A stretch of 64,000 nucleotides of DNA. Source: Obrimoposthia wandeli. Lineage: Eukaryota. Position numbers and translations under genes: made by a program. The stretch lies in the NCBI GenBank assembly GCA_977020255.1, contig CDROCS010006366.1, positions 1-64,000 on the forward strand, read 5' to 3'. Below are positions 1-11,205 of this stretch, one piece after another (position 1 is the first letter of the stretch; each line of letters begins with the position of its first letter). Under the pieces are notes generated by a model that was not told the origin of the DNA, did not search any database, and worked only from the letters and a program-made list of their open reading frames with translations.

Positions 1-19
1 GATTACGCATTAATAATAG

Positions 20-205
20 ACTTAAAATTGTATTCTGTAAATTCTTCTTTATATATGTTGCAAAATGAACTGATACTAGTGATATATCCCTCCATTTCTG
101 TTGACTTTTTTCAGAAATTCTCACTCCACTCAAAGTAATAAAATTTCGCTCCATCATGTAATGAAATTTCACCTACCACACATGCACAGTTTTAAAGACA
201 GTGGT
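20..205. mobile_element. Small decayed remnant of a related Polinton end
   Basis: About 24-58 (AAATTGTATTCTGTAAATTCTTCTTTATATATG) matches the region upstream of the TBP-like gene in copy 2 (about 35737-35770). About 164-200 (TGAAATTTCACCTACCACACATGCACAGTTTTAAAGACA) matches the terminal-repeat unit at 2261-2300. Confidence 0.6.
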
Positions 206-414
206 ACTCCTGGAGTGAGGGGGCAAGAATGAACATATCCATCTACTGAGTTAATAGTCTAACGGTTAGACTTACTTTAGACTCTCAACTTCATTCGTAG
301 CTTTATATAAATTATGGAAAACTATGGAAATGGTATTGTAAAGAGTATTTGATATTGTCATAGATACTAATCTTCCTTTGAAAGAATTGAGTAAGAAGTA
401 ACGTTATTTCACGT

Positions 415-618
415 ACTCAAAGTTGCTGATTTGTGAGCGTCTAATAATAATTCCCACAATCATTTCCTGATCAAGCTGTATTAGAGATGTCTTGCTTAGA
501 AGATGCCGCAGTTACTCAAAGTTGATTTGTAGAGAGCGTCTTTGTGAATAATAATTCCCACAATCATCGATCAATCATGCTGTATTGTGAGATGTCTTGT
601 TTAGAAGATGCCGCAGTT
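415..618. repeat. Imperfect tandem duplication, two units of about 100 bp
   Basis: ACTCAAAGTTG...AGAAGATGCCGCAGTT occurs at 415-513 and 514-618. Confidence 0.7.
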
Positions 619-2225
619 TTCTACTCAGTTGCGCTCTAATAAATTAACGATTATTAAATATTTTTATGCTTTGTTTTGTTATTACATTTGCAGTGTTGAC
701 TGAAATGTATTTTAGGAATTGTGAGAAGAAATTGCAGGGGACCAAGGGGATAATAGGCGTCAGAAGTTTGCTGTTTCATTGATTATTAGATATACTGGAA
801 GTCTGCTGAACAGCGAGGTGCTAATTGACAGATCGCTGGTTTCTATAATCACTGGTGTTTATTGTGGCGGAGTTGAGGTTATTTATGAGTCCCCTAATCT
901 GGCACTGGCGTGAGGCGCTGCTCAAGTGGGGCGTGATTACTTGTTGACAACAATGTCTTCGCACCACGAGCGCGGGAATTACTTTGGTCGTGTGATTAAA
1001 TGGCTCACAACTGTAAAGCCTGATACAAAGTGTTTTGTCAGTCGCTGCTTTCTCCACTGTCCCTACTCAAACAGGAGCAGTAAGCAACAGCCTCTCAGGA
1101 TATTTTCCTAACATTTATTAGAGTTTTCTCCCAGTGCTTCTTCAGAAATTGTGACTAGCAGAACTTGCACTCCTCAGATTTGCCCTCTTTTGGCTTTCTG
1201 CCTCTGCTGACCAGTTATATGCCCACTGTGTAGCGGTTCCCTTTACCCATTTCCCTCTTCTAACTTGGACAACGTTCTTTGTCAAGCCCTCCAAAATTGA
1301 CTGTCACTTTCACTTAAGCTTTCGAATCAAATTGCACAAAACGACTGAAAAATGAATAACAAAGTAAATTCGCAGAAAATAACTTCCACGTAAGACTAGA
1401 ATCACGAAGGTCCAAAAACAGCAACTTTATTGGTGTTAGTTAATTTCGTAACAATTAAATTGCTAACGATTTTTCACTATATATTTTGTTTGGAGTTTAA
1501 ATTTCAAACTAAATGTATAACCATTTGACATATTGTGGGCTTTTCTACTTTCTGCTTAACCACGGCATTAACAACGTTTTCTTTTATTTGCAAATTTTCA
1601 CAGGCGCATCTGAAAGTTCCCCAATAATTTTTTTGTATTTCTAAATAAATATTATATCTAAAGTAATATTAAAATCATTTGCATAAATTTTTTTAATCTT
1701 ATAAAAATACGAGCTCAACATAATCTATTATCAAATATTAGATATATGGTCGATAATTTTGTCCTTGGCTTTGTATAAATAAAGTTTCCGTAATGTAATT
1801 TATCTCACACTCGTTAACTTGTAATTATTTTCATTTAATTGACTCGCTCTATTTCTATGTCGAGGAATAAAGTATTTTTAATTAATATTAAATTATATTT
1901 TGCACATATTACTAATAGAAACAAAAAAGGTTCAACATAACTTCAATGGACAGAGACAAATTTTGATCTTTTTGTTGTAATTCTTAGAATATAGTGCATT
2001 AAGAAAATTTTCTCTTCATTAAAAATAAATTTTTAGTGAAGAATTTTTCATCTTGTTTAACCTAAAAAAAGTTGTAATTGTGATTTTATGTGTTAAAAAG
2101 CGTTTTTAGAATTTATTTATCTTTAAATCGATTACATCATCTCTGTAATGTGTAAAATTTCTATATCGGTGAATACTGAAGAGATTATAAGAAAACGATA
2201 TTAGGGTTAAAGATAATTAAGGCAG

Positions 2226-2570
2226 GTGTGTGGAGTGAAATTTCGTGTAGGTGTGTGGAGTGAAATTTCACTCCACACACATGCACGGTTTTAAAGGACA
2301 AGGGGGGGGGGTAACCCCCCCCCTACAAATTTTTCGCGACTATCGGCGCGAAGGGCTCGGGACCGAGATTGGTCACAGATGTACGGATATATCTCGTTCT
2401 CATATAGGTCACAGACTAGCTTGGCGATGTACGGATATCTCGTTCTCATATAGGTCACAGACTAGCTTGGCGATGTACGGATATCTCGTTCTCATATAGG
2501 TCACAGACTAGCTTGGCGATGTACGGATATCTCGTTCTCATATAGGTCACAGACAAGCTTGGCGATGTAC
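2226..2570. repeat. Left terminal inverted repeat (outer 64 bp missing), with a 46-bp tandem array from about 2380 running into the gap
   Basis: Reverse complement of about 18470-18818. Unit GGATATCTCGTTCTCATATAGGTCACAGACTAGCTTGGCGATGTAC, period 46 (CATATAGGTC at 2401, 2447, 2493, 2539). Confidence 0.9.
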
Positions 2571-2990
2571 NNNNNNNNNNNNNNNNNNNNNNNNNNNNNN
2601 NNNNNNNNNNNNNNNNNNNNNNNNNNNNNNNNNNNNNNNNNNNNNNNNNNNNNNNNNNNNNNNNNNNNNNNNNNNNNNNNNNNNNNNNNNNNNNNNNNNN
2701 NNNNNNNNNNNNNNNNNNNNNNNNNNNNNNNNNNNNNNNNNNNNNNNNNNNNNNNNNNNNNNNNNNNNNNNNNNNNNNNNNNNNNNNNNNNNNNNNNNNN
2801 NNNNNNNNNNNNNNNNNNNNNNNNNNNNNNNNNNNNNNNNNNNNNNNNNACCCCACACNNNNNNNNNNNNNNNNNNNNNNNNNNNNNNNNNNNNNNNNNN
2901 NNNNNNNNNNNNNNNNNNNNNNNNNNNNNNNNNNNNNNNNNNNNNNNNNNNNNNNNNNNNNNNNNNNNNNNNNNNNNNNNNNNNNNNNNN
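2571..2990. other. Assembly gap or masked bases (N)
   Basis: N runs interrupted by ACCCCACAC. Probably hides the rest of the 46-bp array and the (CACAC)n tract seen in the right repeat (inference). Confidence 0.95.
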
Positions 2991-3132
2991 ACACTCCACC
3001 CTCACTTCCCGCCCGCCCCTTCGGGGCGGGCTTCATTCTTGATATAAAGGCACGAAAAAACATCGGTCAGATCTATATAATTTAGAAGAAAAAAAAACAA
3101 AAAACGAGACAAATTTTTTTTCAAAATATTTA

Positions 3133-3535
3133 TTAAACATAAAACAACATATTGGCTTCACTCAAAGTCCAGAGAGGCTGCATTTTCTCGTCATCAGCAA
3201 AATATCCATTCAGACGTATTGAGATATTCCATAGTTCTTCATCTAGAATTGGAGCAATCAAATATCCTAGATCATCTTTAAAATCCAGACTGGGATCAGT
3301 TTCAAGCTCGAAACAATTTCCTTCATATACATAATCAGGAATGTAAAATCCCAAAATATTTTCAGTTGATCAAAATCAGTTGTTGTTAAAATTTCGATGA
3401 GATATTTTTCTCAACTTTTGATATTTTCACAGGATTCATAACTCGTATAATTTGATGCCTCTTTAATATATTACACAGTTTTCCTTTTGAAATTCTTTCT
3501 GGATAATAAAAATTTGCTACACATATTTTATCCAT
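3133..3535 (-). pseudogene. Orphan ORF-A, frameshifted copy of 36590-36994
   Basis: C-terminal 73 aa nearly identical to the intact 134-aa copy-2 ORF; ATG at 3535. Confidence 0.8.
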
Positions 3536-3666
3536 TCTAAAATAAGGAAACTGATTAAAAAGCAATGTTTATAAAAAATACACAAGATACAAATAAGAAC
3601 AAATAAAACTGATTATTAAATGAAAGAAACATAGTAAAACCGATTACAATTTATTGCACACAAAAG

Positions 3667-4144
3667 TTAAAACATAGAAATATGAGCACGTTCAATTTTC
3701 CACATAGGCAACTTTGTTCCCATTTATCTTTCTTGTAACCATAAAGTCAATTGTTACAGTCCATTGCTTCTTTTTCGGAAACGCATCAATATCAACATAT
3801 CTTCCATAGTCATCTAGAAATGCTTCATCGGCTCCTCGGATATAAATTCGTTCTTATTGAAAGTAAAAAATTCGGAACTGCCTTTTCTATTTTCTGTTTT
3901 AGATATTGAAAATCAGGTTTTTGAATACCCATGATAGATAGTAGCTGAACTTTCTTCTTTCAATTGTCACAGGATTTACTAACGCAATCAGTTGAGCCTT
4001 CTTCAAGAATCTGACTTTGTATTTGAAATATTGTTTCACTTCTTCATACATATCCTTATCCGATTCTTCAAACATTTCTTCGTCATCGCTTAATACCCGT
4101 TGGCTATCGTCCATTGTTGATAATTGTCTTTGATATGAATGCAT
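3667..4144 (-). pseudogene. Orphan ORF-B, frameshifted copy of 35980-36456
   Basis: First 71 aa identical to the copy-2 158-aa ORF, followed by frameshifts. Confidence 0.8.
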
Positions 4145-4322
4145 TTACTGTGATTTGTCTTCCAATGGCGCATTCTTTTATACTAATTTCTAACAAAAAC
4201 ATGAATCTCATTGGTTAATATAACAAAAGCATTGAATTTGATTGGACTAAATATATCATCCAATTATAATAGGTTTGCAAGATAATTACAAGAAATGTGC
4301 AATAAAAAAGCAGGTTCAGACA

Positions 4323-4331
4323 TATATAAAG
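4323..4331 (+). promoter_or_regulatory. Canonical TATA box (TATATAAAG) of the TBP-like gene
   Basis: 38 nt upstream of the ATG at 4361. Conserved in copy 2 and in the remnant at about 49-57. Confidence 0.55.
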
Positions 4332-4360
4332 AAAATTTTACAGAATACAATTTCAGTCTA

Positions 4361-4875
4361 ATGAAACTCATAAATATAAATTATAAAGGTAGAACAGAAG
4401 ATGATGTTTTGTACTTACCATTCAATGAATGGAAGCCGAGACAATATGTAGAAAAGTTTGACAATTTCACAGTTGTTATTTTTCCTACAGGTTAGTTTTT
4501 TATTTTATTTTCATATTGAATTCTTTAGGAAATTGTCGTGTTATGGGATGCAAAATACCAATGCTTGGGTTCAATTTACCATTTGGAATTCAAATCACTG
4601 CAATACAATCAATCACGATTTCGGCTAATCTCGGGAAACAGATAAATCTTTTTAAAACTGCAGAGAAAATGAAAGAAGAATGCATGTTTGAACCATAAAT
4701 TTTTCCTACTCTCAGTTATTTGAAGTTTAAACCGCTATGTGTAAATTTATTTTCCAGTGGTAAAGTTATGATATTGGGATTGAAAAACTTTGATTATCCA
4801 GACATAGTTGATTTGATTTTAGAAAATATATCTTATTACATCTTGTTATCTTTTTCTATAAACAAACCCGTTTAA
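4361..4875 (+). pseudogene. TBP-like gene, copy 1 (exons 4361-4490 and 4529-end; premature TAA at 4696)
   Basis: Splicing GTTAG...TTTAG (4491-4528) gives VVIFPTG-NCRVMGCK (TBP repeat 1 motif IFxSGKxxxTGAK). It continues FEP*IFPTL...NIFSSGKVMILGLK (repeat 2 motif YEPELFPGL...LIFVSGKIVLTGAK). Confidence 0.85.
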
Positions 4876-4880
4876 ACTTA

Positions 4881-5162
4881 TTGTTTCAAATGAATAATAC
4901 TATAAATAGAGACAATGAAGTGGATCGGCTTGCCGATGAAATATTTTCTGGAAAAATTAGGGGTAAAGAAATTTTATCAGAATTAAAAAATAATGATATA
5001 ACAAGAGATAACATTGAAATATTGGTTAGATCACACGTTATTCGAGAATTTAGAAATCGTACACAAATAAATAAAATTATAGCCAAATATTCATTAATTA
5101 ATTTTTGTATTTCATCTACAATAGCTCTAACATTGTACATTTCAATAAGGAAACTTCTATGA
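4881..5162 (+). CDS. Small orphan protein with a C-terminal hydrophobic segment (likely ATG at 4890)
   Basis: Intact in both copies (one substitution). C-terminus YSLINFCISSTIALTLYISIRKLL; TATAAACA at 4857. Confidence 0.65.
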   Translation: MFQMNNTINRDNEVDRLADEIFSGKIRGKEILSELKNNDITRDNIEILVRSHVIREFRNRTQINKIIAKYSLINFCISSTIALTLYISIRKLL

Positions 5163-5165
5163 TAA

Positions 5166-5173
5166 TATAAACA
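5166..5173 (+). promoter_or_regulatory. TATAAACA motif upstream of the ATPase (representative of the recurring element motif)
   Basis: 34 nt upstream of the ATG at 5200. Also at 4857, 5988, 6353 (CATAAACA) and 9280 on +, and at 3573 and 16300 on -. Confidence 0.65.
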
Positions 5174-5199
5174 ATATTAAAAATGAAAGAGTATATGCA

Positions 5200-5846
5200 A
5201 TGGAGCTAAATAATAATGCTGTATTTCAAATAGTTGGCCCAAGTGGAAGTGGAAAGACACATTTTGTCTGTAAATTGTTGCAAAATGAATCTATTTTCAA
5301 ATCTAGTTTCAAAAATATTTATTGGCATCATGGTGGAGGAGCGGAAAGCGGGTTAACCAAAACAGAAGTTTGCAAGTTGAAGGGTATAAAATTTATTGAA
5401 GGATTTGATGCAAATTGGTGTGAAAGATTGAAAAAAGAAGATGTAATAATAATTGATGATTTGTATGAGGAGGCTAACAAGGAATCAGACTTTAATAATT
5501 TATTTACAAAGATTGCAAGACATCGTGAAGTTACAGTTATATTTATCACTCACAATCTGTTTCACCAAGGAGGTCACCATAGAACAAGAAATCTTAATGT
5601 ACATTACTTAGTTTTATTTAAAAATCTAGAGATCAAACAGTTGTAGATTTTGTGGCCAGACAGGCATTTCCTCAAAATAAGAACTTTCTAGTTGATTCAT
5701 TCCACGATGCTGCTAAACAAGCACATGGGTATATATTTATTGACTTTTTACAGCTTGCCAGATGATTTACGTGTTTTAACAGACATATTTAATTCTAAAG
5801 GGAGTAACTGTTTATAAACAAATAGAGAACAATTATAAAAAAATAA
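5200..5846 (+). pseudogene. ATPase: A32/FtsK-like packaging ATPase, frameshifted
   Basis: Walker A GPSGSGKT, Walker B IIIDD, and LNVHYLVLFKN. Frameshift near 5625 relative to copy 2. Confidence 0.9.
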
Positions 5847-6026
5847 ATTCGCAATACCTTTTACAAAGTTGATAGTAAAACGTAAAGTAAAATCTAAGAA
5901 ATCAAAAAAAGAATCATTAAGAAAAAAGAAGTGAAAAAAATTAATCAAATCTGTAGTTAAAAATAAAAAAACTTAAATGGTTTCGAATATAAACAATATT
6001 TAAATTGAACCTTTTTTTTTATTAAA

Positions 6027-6357
6027 ATGAAGAAAATACAAAGAAGCATACCCTATTTTAAAAGCTTTAGTCAAAGCCTCTTCTAATAAGAGAATGATTA
6101 TTCTTAAAGCATTCCCATCCTTTGTTGTCAGATGATTTATTGGAAGTTTTTATATAATATAGTTTTGGGTCGAGTAAAAGTTGGAAATCGGAAAAATATA
6201 TTAAAAAAAATATAGAAAAACTCTTCTAGATATTGCTAATGTAAAAAGTAAAAAAGGAAACGAAATATTATTCTTAAACAGAATGGTGGTTTCATAGGGG
6301 CTGTTATTCCAGTTGTTGCTTCAATTATCAGTAGTATTATAGCTGCGACGTTCATAA
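6027..6357 (+). pseudogene. Small basic core-type protein (KQNGGF motif), frameshifted
   Basis: Reconstructed from both copies as MKKIQRSIPYLKALVKASS...KRNIILKQNGGFIGAVIPVVASII. The basic stretch plus QxGG plus hydrophobic tail pattern is typical of Polinton small ORFs. Confidence 0.7.
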
Positions 6358-6385
6358 ACAATTATTTCTAAAATCAGCTAAAGAT

Positions 6386-6604
6386 ATGGGTGCTAGCCCT
6401 TCTTTACCTAAACTTAAATTTTCTTTCTATTCAAATTGTTGTAATGGAGAAGATATGGTTCAATCCAAAAGATCCAATTGGCTACACAGGAGTTTCAAAA
6501 TTAGCAAAAAGAACAAAACAAAATTACAAAAAAACGCAGAAATGGCTGAGCGATCAGTTAGCCTACAGTCTGAACAAGCAGATGAGAAGAAGGTTTCCAA
6601 CTAG
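6386..6604 (+). CDS. 72-aa putative acylated peptide overlapping the integrase start
   Basis: MGASPSLPKL...CC; homologous ORF in the same position in copies 2 and 3; CATAAACA 33 nt upstream. Confidence 0.55.
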   Translation: MGASPSLPKLKFSFYSNCCNGEDMVQSKRSNWLHRSFKISKKNKTKLQKNAEMAERSVSLQSEQADEKKVSN

Positions 6605-7914
6605 AGCTTACAAAACCAGCGGTCCTAATAATTGATGGCAAATGTATTTGATGGAGATGATCCCATATTCTTCCATTAATAAGGGATATCGATATATTTT
6701 AACATCTATTGATGTATTTAGCAGGTTTGCTCGTGCAATTCCAGTTAAAAGCAAAGTCTTCAATAGCTATACCAGCTTGAAGCCATTAAAGAAATATTAA
6801 AAGAGGACATTCCACAAAATGTGCAAACTGATTTAGGAAAAGAATTTTATAATAAGCAAGTTCAATCATTATTTAAACAAAATAATATAAATCATTACTC
6901 TGTGTTTTCACAATACAAAGCAGCAGTAGTAGAAAGATTTAATCGTACTCTAAGAGATCGATAAAAAAGTATTTCACAAAAAAATGGCTGAGCGATCAGT
7001 TAGCCTACAGTCTGAACAAGCCGATGAGAAGAAGGTTTCCAACTAGAGCTTACAAAACCAGCGGTCCTAATAATTTATGGCAAATGGATTTGATGGAGAT
7101 GATCCCATATTCTTCCATTAATAAGGGATATCGATATATTTTAACATCTATTGATGTATTTAGCAGGTTTGCTCGTGCAATTCCAGTTAAAGCAAAGTCT
7201 TCAATAGCTATGCTTGAAGCCATTAAAGAAATATTAAAAGAGGACATTCCACAAAATGTGCAAACTGATTTAGGAAAAGAATTTTATAATAAGCAAGTTC
7301 AATCATTATTTAAACAAAATAATATAAATCATTACTCTGTGTTTTCACAATACAAAGCAGCAGTAGTAGAAAGATTTAATCGTACTCTAAGAGATCGATA
7401 AAAAAGTATTTCACAAAAAAAGGAAATAAAAAATGGATCCAAGTTTTACCTAAAATAATACATGCATATAATCACTCTGAACATAGAGGTCTCAAAGGAA
7501 TGAGACCTGTTGATGTTACTAATAAAAACTCTATGGACATTTGGATGAACATGAATGAAAAAGATAAAATTAAAAAAGCTAAATATAAGAAAAACGAATA
7601 TGTTCGAATTTCGAAAAATTAGCTCTACTCCATTTATTAAAAACTTTGATCAGAATTGGAGCGATGAAATATTTTGTATAAGTAAAATTGATCAAAAGAG
7701 TAATCCAATAATGTATACTATTAAAGATGCTGACAATAATATCGTTCACGGTAAATTTTACGAGCAAGAACTACAAGTAATATCAAATAAACCTAGCGTT
7801 TTCCGTATTCAAAAAATATTAAAATCTAAGGGTACAGGTAAACATAAACAATACTTTGTTAAATGGCATGGTTATTCAGACCCAACTTGGATATCAGCAT
7901 CTAATATAATATGA
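6444..7914 (+). pseudogene. INT: RVE (retroviral-like) integrase with chromodomain, disrupted by a duplication and frameshifts
   Basis: WQMDL / VQTDLGKEF / VVERFNRTL DDE triad; C-terminal QYFVKWHGYSDPTW. Confidence 0.92.
6541..7424 (+). repeat. 442-bp tandem duplication inside the copy-1 integrase
   Basis: AATGGCTGAGCGATCAG at 6541 and 6983; absent from copy 2. Confidence 0.9.
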
Positions 7915-8970
7915 ATTCTATGTATATGGTTTTACCAAGTAACGGATGTCCGAAGACTCAACCAGATAATGACGCTAGTAGCTTTATTATCGATTGGGAA
8001 AATTCTATAAATCTCCAAGGAGAATGGGAAGCGGCTTTAACAGAATTTTCTTTTTTATTATTCTCCAATTACTATCAAAAAAAACTCACATATTTCGTTT
8101 ACAAAAGAAGTTGATCATGAAAAAACAACTGAAGTTGTGATCGGGTTTGATAGTAAAAGACAATTCTATTACAATTGTATAGATAAAGAAGTGAAAGTAA
8201 TATTTGAAAATAACAAAGTCAGATTTAAAAATCGATTAAAATTTCTTCAAGTTATTAAAATTAATTTTAAATCTAAAAAAGAAGCTCTTCAATTCAGTTT
8301 TGATAGTGAACAAACAGTAGCTCGTAATAAACGGGATATTATCTCATCTAATTCGGTTAGAAATGTTCCTGGTAGAGAAGCAAAAGTGTTTATACTTGAA
8401 ACGAGACCAAAGACTGTAGTGGAACTGAAAACGTTTTCAAAAGATTATAAAATAGATAGTGAAGTGAATTTCTGTAAATTAATACAGAAGGAATGTAGTG
8501 AATATTTGGATAAATGTGAAACATTAAATGGTAAATTAATGTTTACAGTAAAGAGCAATATAAAACGAGTTTCATTTGATGATAAACTCGCTAAAAACCT
8601 TGGGTTAAACAGAAATACCTTTGAAACCCATACAATAAAAACCATAAAAGCTAAAAATAAGGCAAAACTTTTAAATGCTGTTAATCATTTATATATTTAT
8701 ACTAATTTAATAGAACCAACACTTGTAGGAGGACAGCGAGTTCCACTTTTGAGAACAATATGGATATCTAAAAATGAAACTAGAGATGGGGACACTGTCG
8801 GTATGTGTATAGATCAACCAATGTATCTTCCAGTTTCTCTCTTTTCTATAAACAATATTGAAGTAAATATTAGAGATGATTCCGGACAACTAATAGATTT
8901 CACGTACGGGGCCAAGACAAGTTTAACAATACATTTAAGAAAACAAAATGGCGAATCCAGCAATAATTGA
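7911..8970 (+). pseudogene. mCP: Minor capsid protein (penton), net +1 frameshift
   Basis: N-terminal MYMVLPSN...LQGEWEAALTEF and C-terminal LYIYTNLIEP..VGG..VPLLR...YLPV...IEVNIRD motifs of Polinton minor capsid proteins. Confidence 0.85.
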
Positions 8971-9325
8971 AGCTTATAGTCAAAGCCAACAAGGTGGAGA
9001 ATTACCAAATTTTGTTAGTAAACAATATGGATCTGACTGGCTTAGAACATAAAGTATATTTGCTTGTCCTCTTTAGAAGAGACTTTAACGATTTATATCA
9101 AAATTAGGAAAGGATTACCTTTCATATAATGACAATAAACTAATACCAACTTTTAAGAAGCATGCGCTTGATGAACTTGATAATGTTTTACCTGAAGTTG
9201 CTAATTTGATTAGAAAACGTAAATCAAATAAAAGCCAAGGAGGTAGTGGATTTAAAAGTAAAAAGAAGCTAAAAATTAATATAAACAAACGTAAGAAAGT
9301 TGAAGGAACAATATTTGCAAAATGA
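8948..9325 (+). pseudogene. Small basic core/membrane-active protein (QQGG motif), premature stop
   Basis: Homologue of the intact ORF at 31214-31591; TAA after about 34 codons. Confidence 0.75.
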
Positions 9326-10550
9326 GTTGCGCCAAAACTGAATTATGTATTTTTGATAAACCGCTTCCACAAGTAGTTGTAGATAATGCTTCCTTTGAAG
9401 AAATATTCCTTGTTAACTCAGTTTCAGGAACCACTTTAACAGATTTAGAATTAATATTAATGGTTCCAATAGCGAGTATTTAGATTTGAATGATACTTTG
9501 CTTTATGTTCAAATAAAAGTATTAAATCGGGATGGTACTAATTTAGAGGAAAATGCCGATGTAACACCTGTAAATTATCTCTTTAATTCTTTATTTAATG
9601 ATGCCATTGTTACTCTTAATAATGTCAAAATGGAAGGTGGAAATTCTTCCTATGCTCATAAAGCTTTGATTGAAAGTCTTTTGAATTATAGTACTGATAC
9701 TCAAAATACTAATTTGGCAACCATTGGTTATGATAAAACTGATGCAACTCGCAAAGAATGGATAGCAGGTTCTAAAGCTTACGAAATGTTTGGGTCTTTG
9801 AGATTGAATTTCTTTGAACAACCGAAATATTTAATTCCCGGTGTTAATGTACATCTTCGTTTGAAACGTAATAAATGGAATTTTTCTTTGATAAGCACGG
9901 ACATTCTAAAACCTAGACTTGATATTTTGGATGCAAAATTGTATGTTCGAAGAGTTAAAACCGAGCAATCAGTTTTAATGGCACATAATATAGGAATGGA
10001 AAAAAACAATGCTTGTTATCCTATTAGAGAAACTAAACTTATATCTTATTCTTTAGGTACGGGTACACAAGCTTTTAATAAGGATTAAATATTTTGTGAT
10101 GTAAGATTACCGAAATTCATTTTAATTTCTTTTCAAAAAACTGCAAAGTTTCTAGGAAATTATACGACAGATGCAACTCAATTTGACAATCTTAATGTTG
10201 GTTCAGTGACACTTTCAAGAAATACTGATTATCGTGAAACATATAAAACAGATTTCGAAGGTAACGCTTATGCTTTGGCTTATACCCAATCTATTATTCG
10301 AAATTTGGGTCAACTAGATAAAAATATAAACAATGGTATTTCTTTCACTGACTTTAAAAACAGCTGCCCGTTCTTCACATTTGTTTTGGCACCAGACTTT
10401 GATATAAACCAATGCCAACTACCAAAGGATGGAAATTTACGACTAGAAATTAAGTTCAATGCAGCTTTAACAAATCCTACTACGGTGCTTATTTACGGAG
10501 TATTTGATTCGGAAATACAAATCAATAAAAACAGAACTGTCATATTATAG
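9322..10550 (+). pseudogene. MCP: Major capsid protein (double jelly-roll type), frameshift plus nonsense
   Basis: MSCAKTELCIFD start, YLDLNDT, NYLFNSLF, FFTFVLAPD, GNLRLEIKF; about 409 aa when reconstructed with copy 2; located between minor capsid and protease. Confidence 0.85.
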
Positions 10551-10551
10551 A

Positions 10552-10931
10552 ATGGAGTAAGACATATTTTAAATTTATATTTATTAATTTTTATTTAGTT
10601 CAAAACAAGTAAAAGAATCAGCAGAGAGGTCCTGGGTGATAAATTCAATGGAGTTTATCCTATTGATATGATTCCATTTTTTCAATCTGGAGGATACATT
10701 ATCAATACTTATACTTCGAATTTACCAGGAGAACATTGGATAGCTATTTATGTTAGAGAGTGGACAATACATGTATTTGATCCACTTGCAATGTATTATG
10801 CACACAAACTTGTTTCAACTATTCAAAAAGGACGAAGAAGAGTATTTTACAACAAGATACCATATCAGGATCCTGCGACGAGAAACTGTGGACATTTATG
10901 CATTTTATGGTTATCGTTGCAAAACGATTAG
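10552..10931 (+). pseudogene. PRO: Adenain/Ulp1-like maturation protease with intron 10557-10598; 1-nt deletion in exon 2
   Basis: GEHW (His), FDP (Asp), YQD (Gln), NCG (Cys) motifs; ATGGA|GTAAGA...TTTAG|T. Confidence 0.88.
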
Positions 10932-11205
10932 TGTGTTATAAAAATAAAAATTTTAAATGTTTTATTTTGAATTATTTTTAAAATTTCTAAAAATATAAAG
11001 GTAAAATAATAAAAGACATAAGACAATTTTTTTAATACATTTATTAATCAGAACATCACAATGAGATATGTCAGCAAAGATAAGGCATAATAAATAAGGT
11101 CCATCCTAAAAAAGTATTGAAATAACAAATAAGTTAGAGTCTAAGTGCCATAAGGATCTAAAATTTTAAAAAACTAAACTAAAAAAATCAAAAAATGAAA
11201 ACCGT

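Noticed and set aside
2455-3063. Long ORFs across the N gap
   Set aside because: Artefacts of translating N runs.
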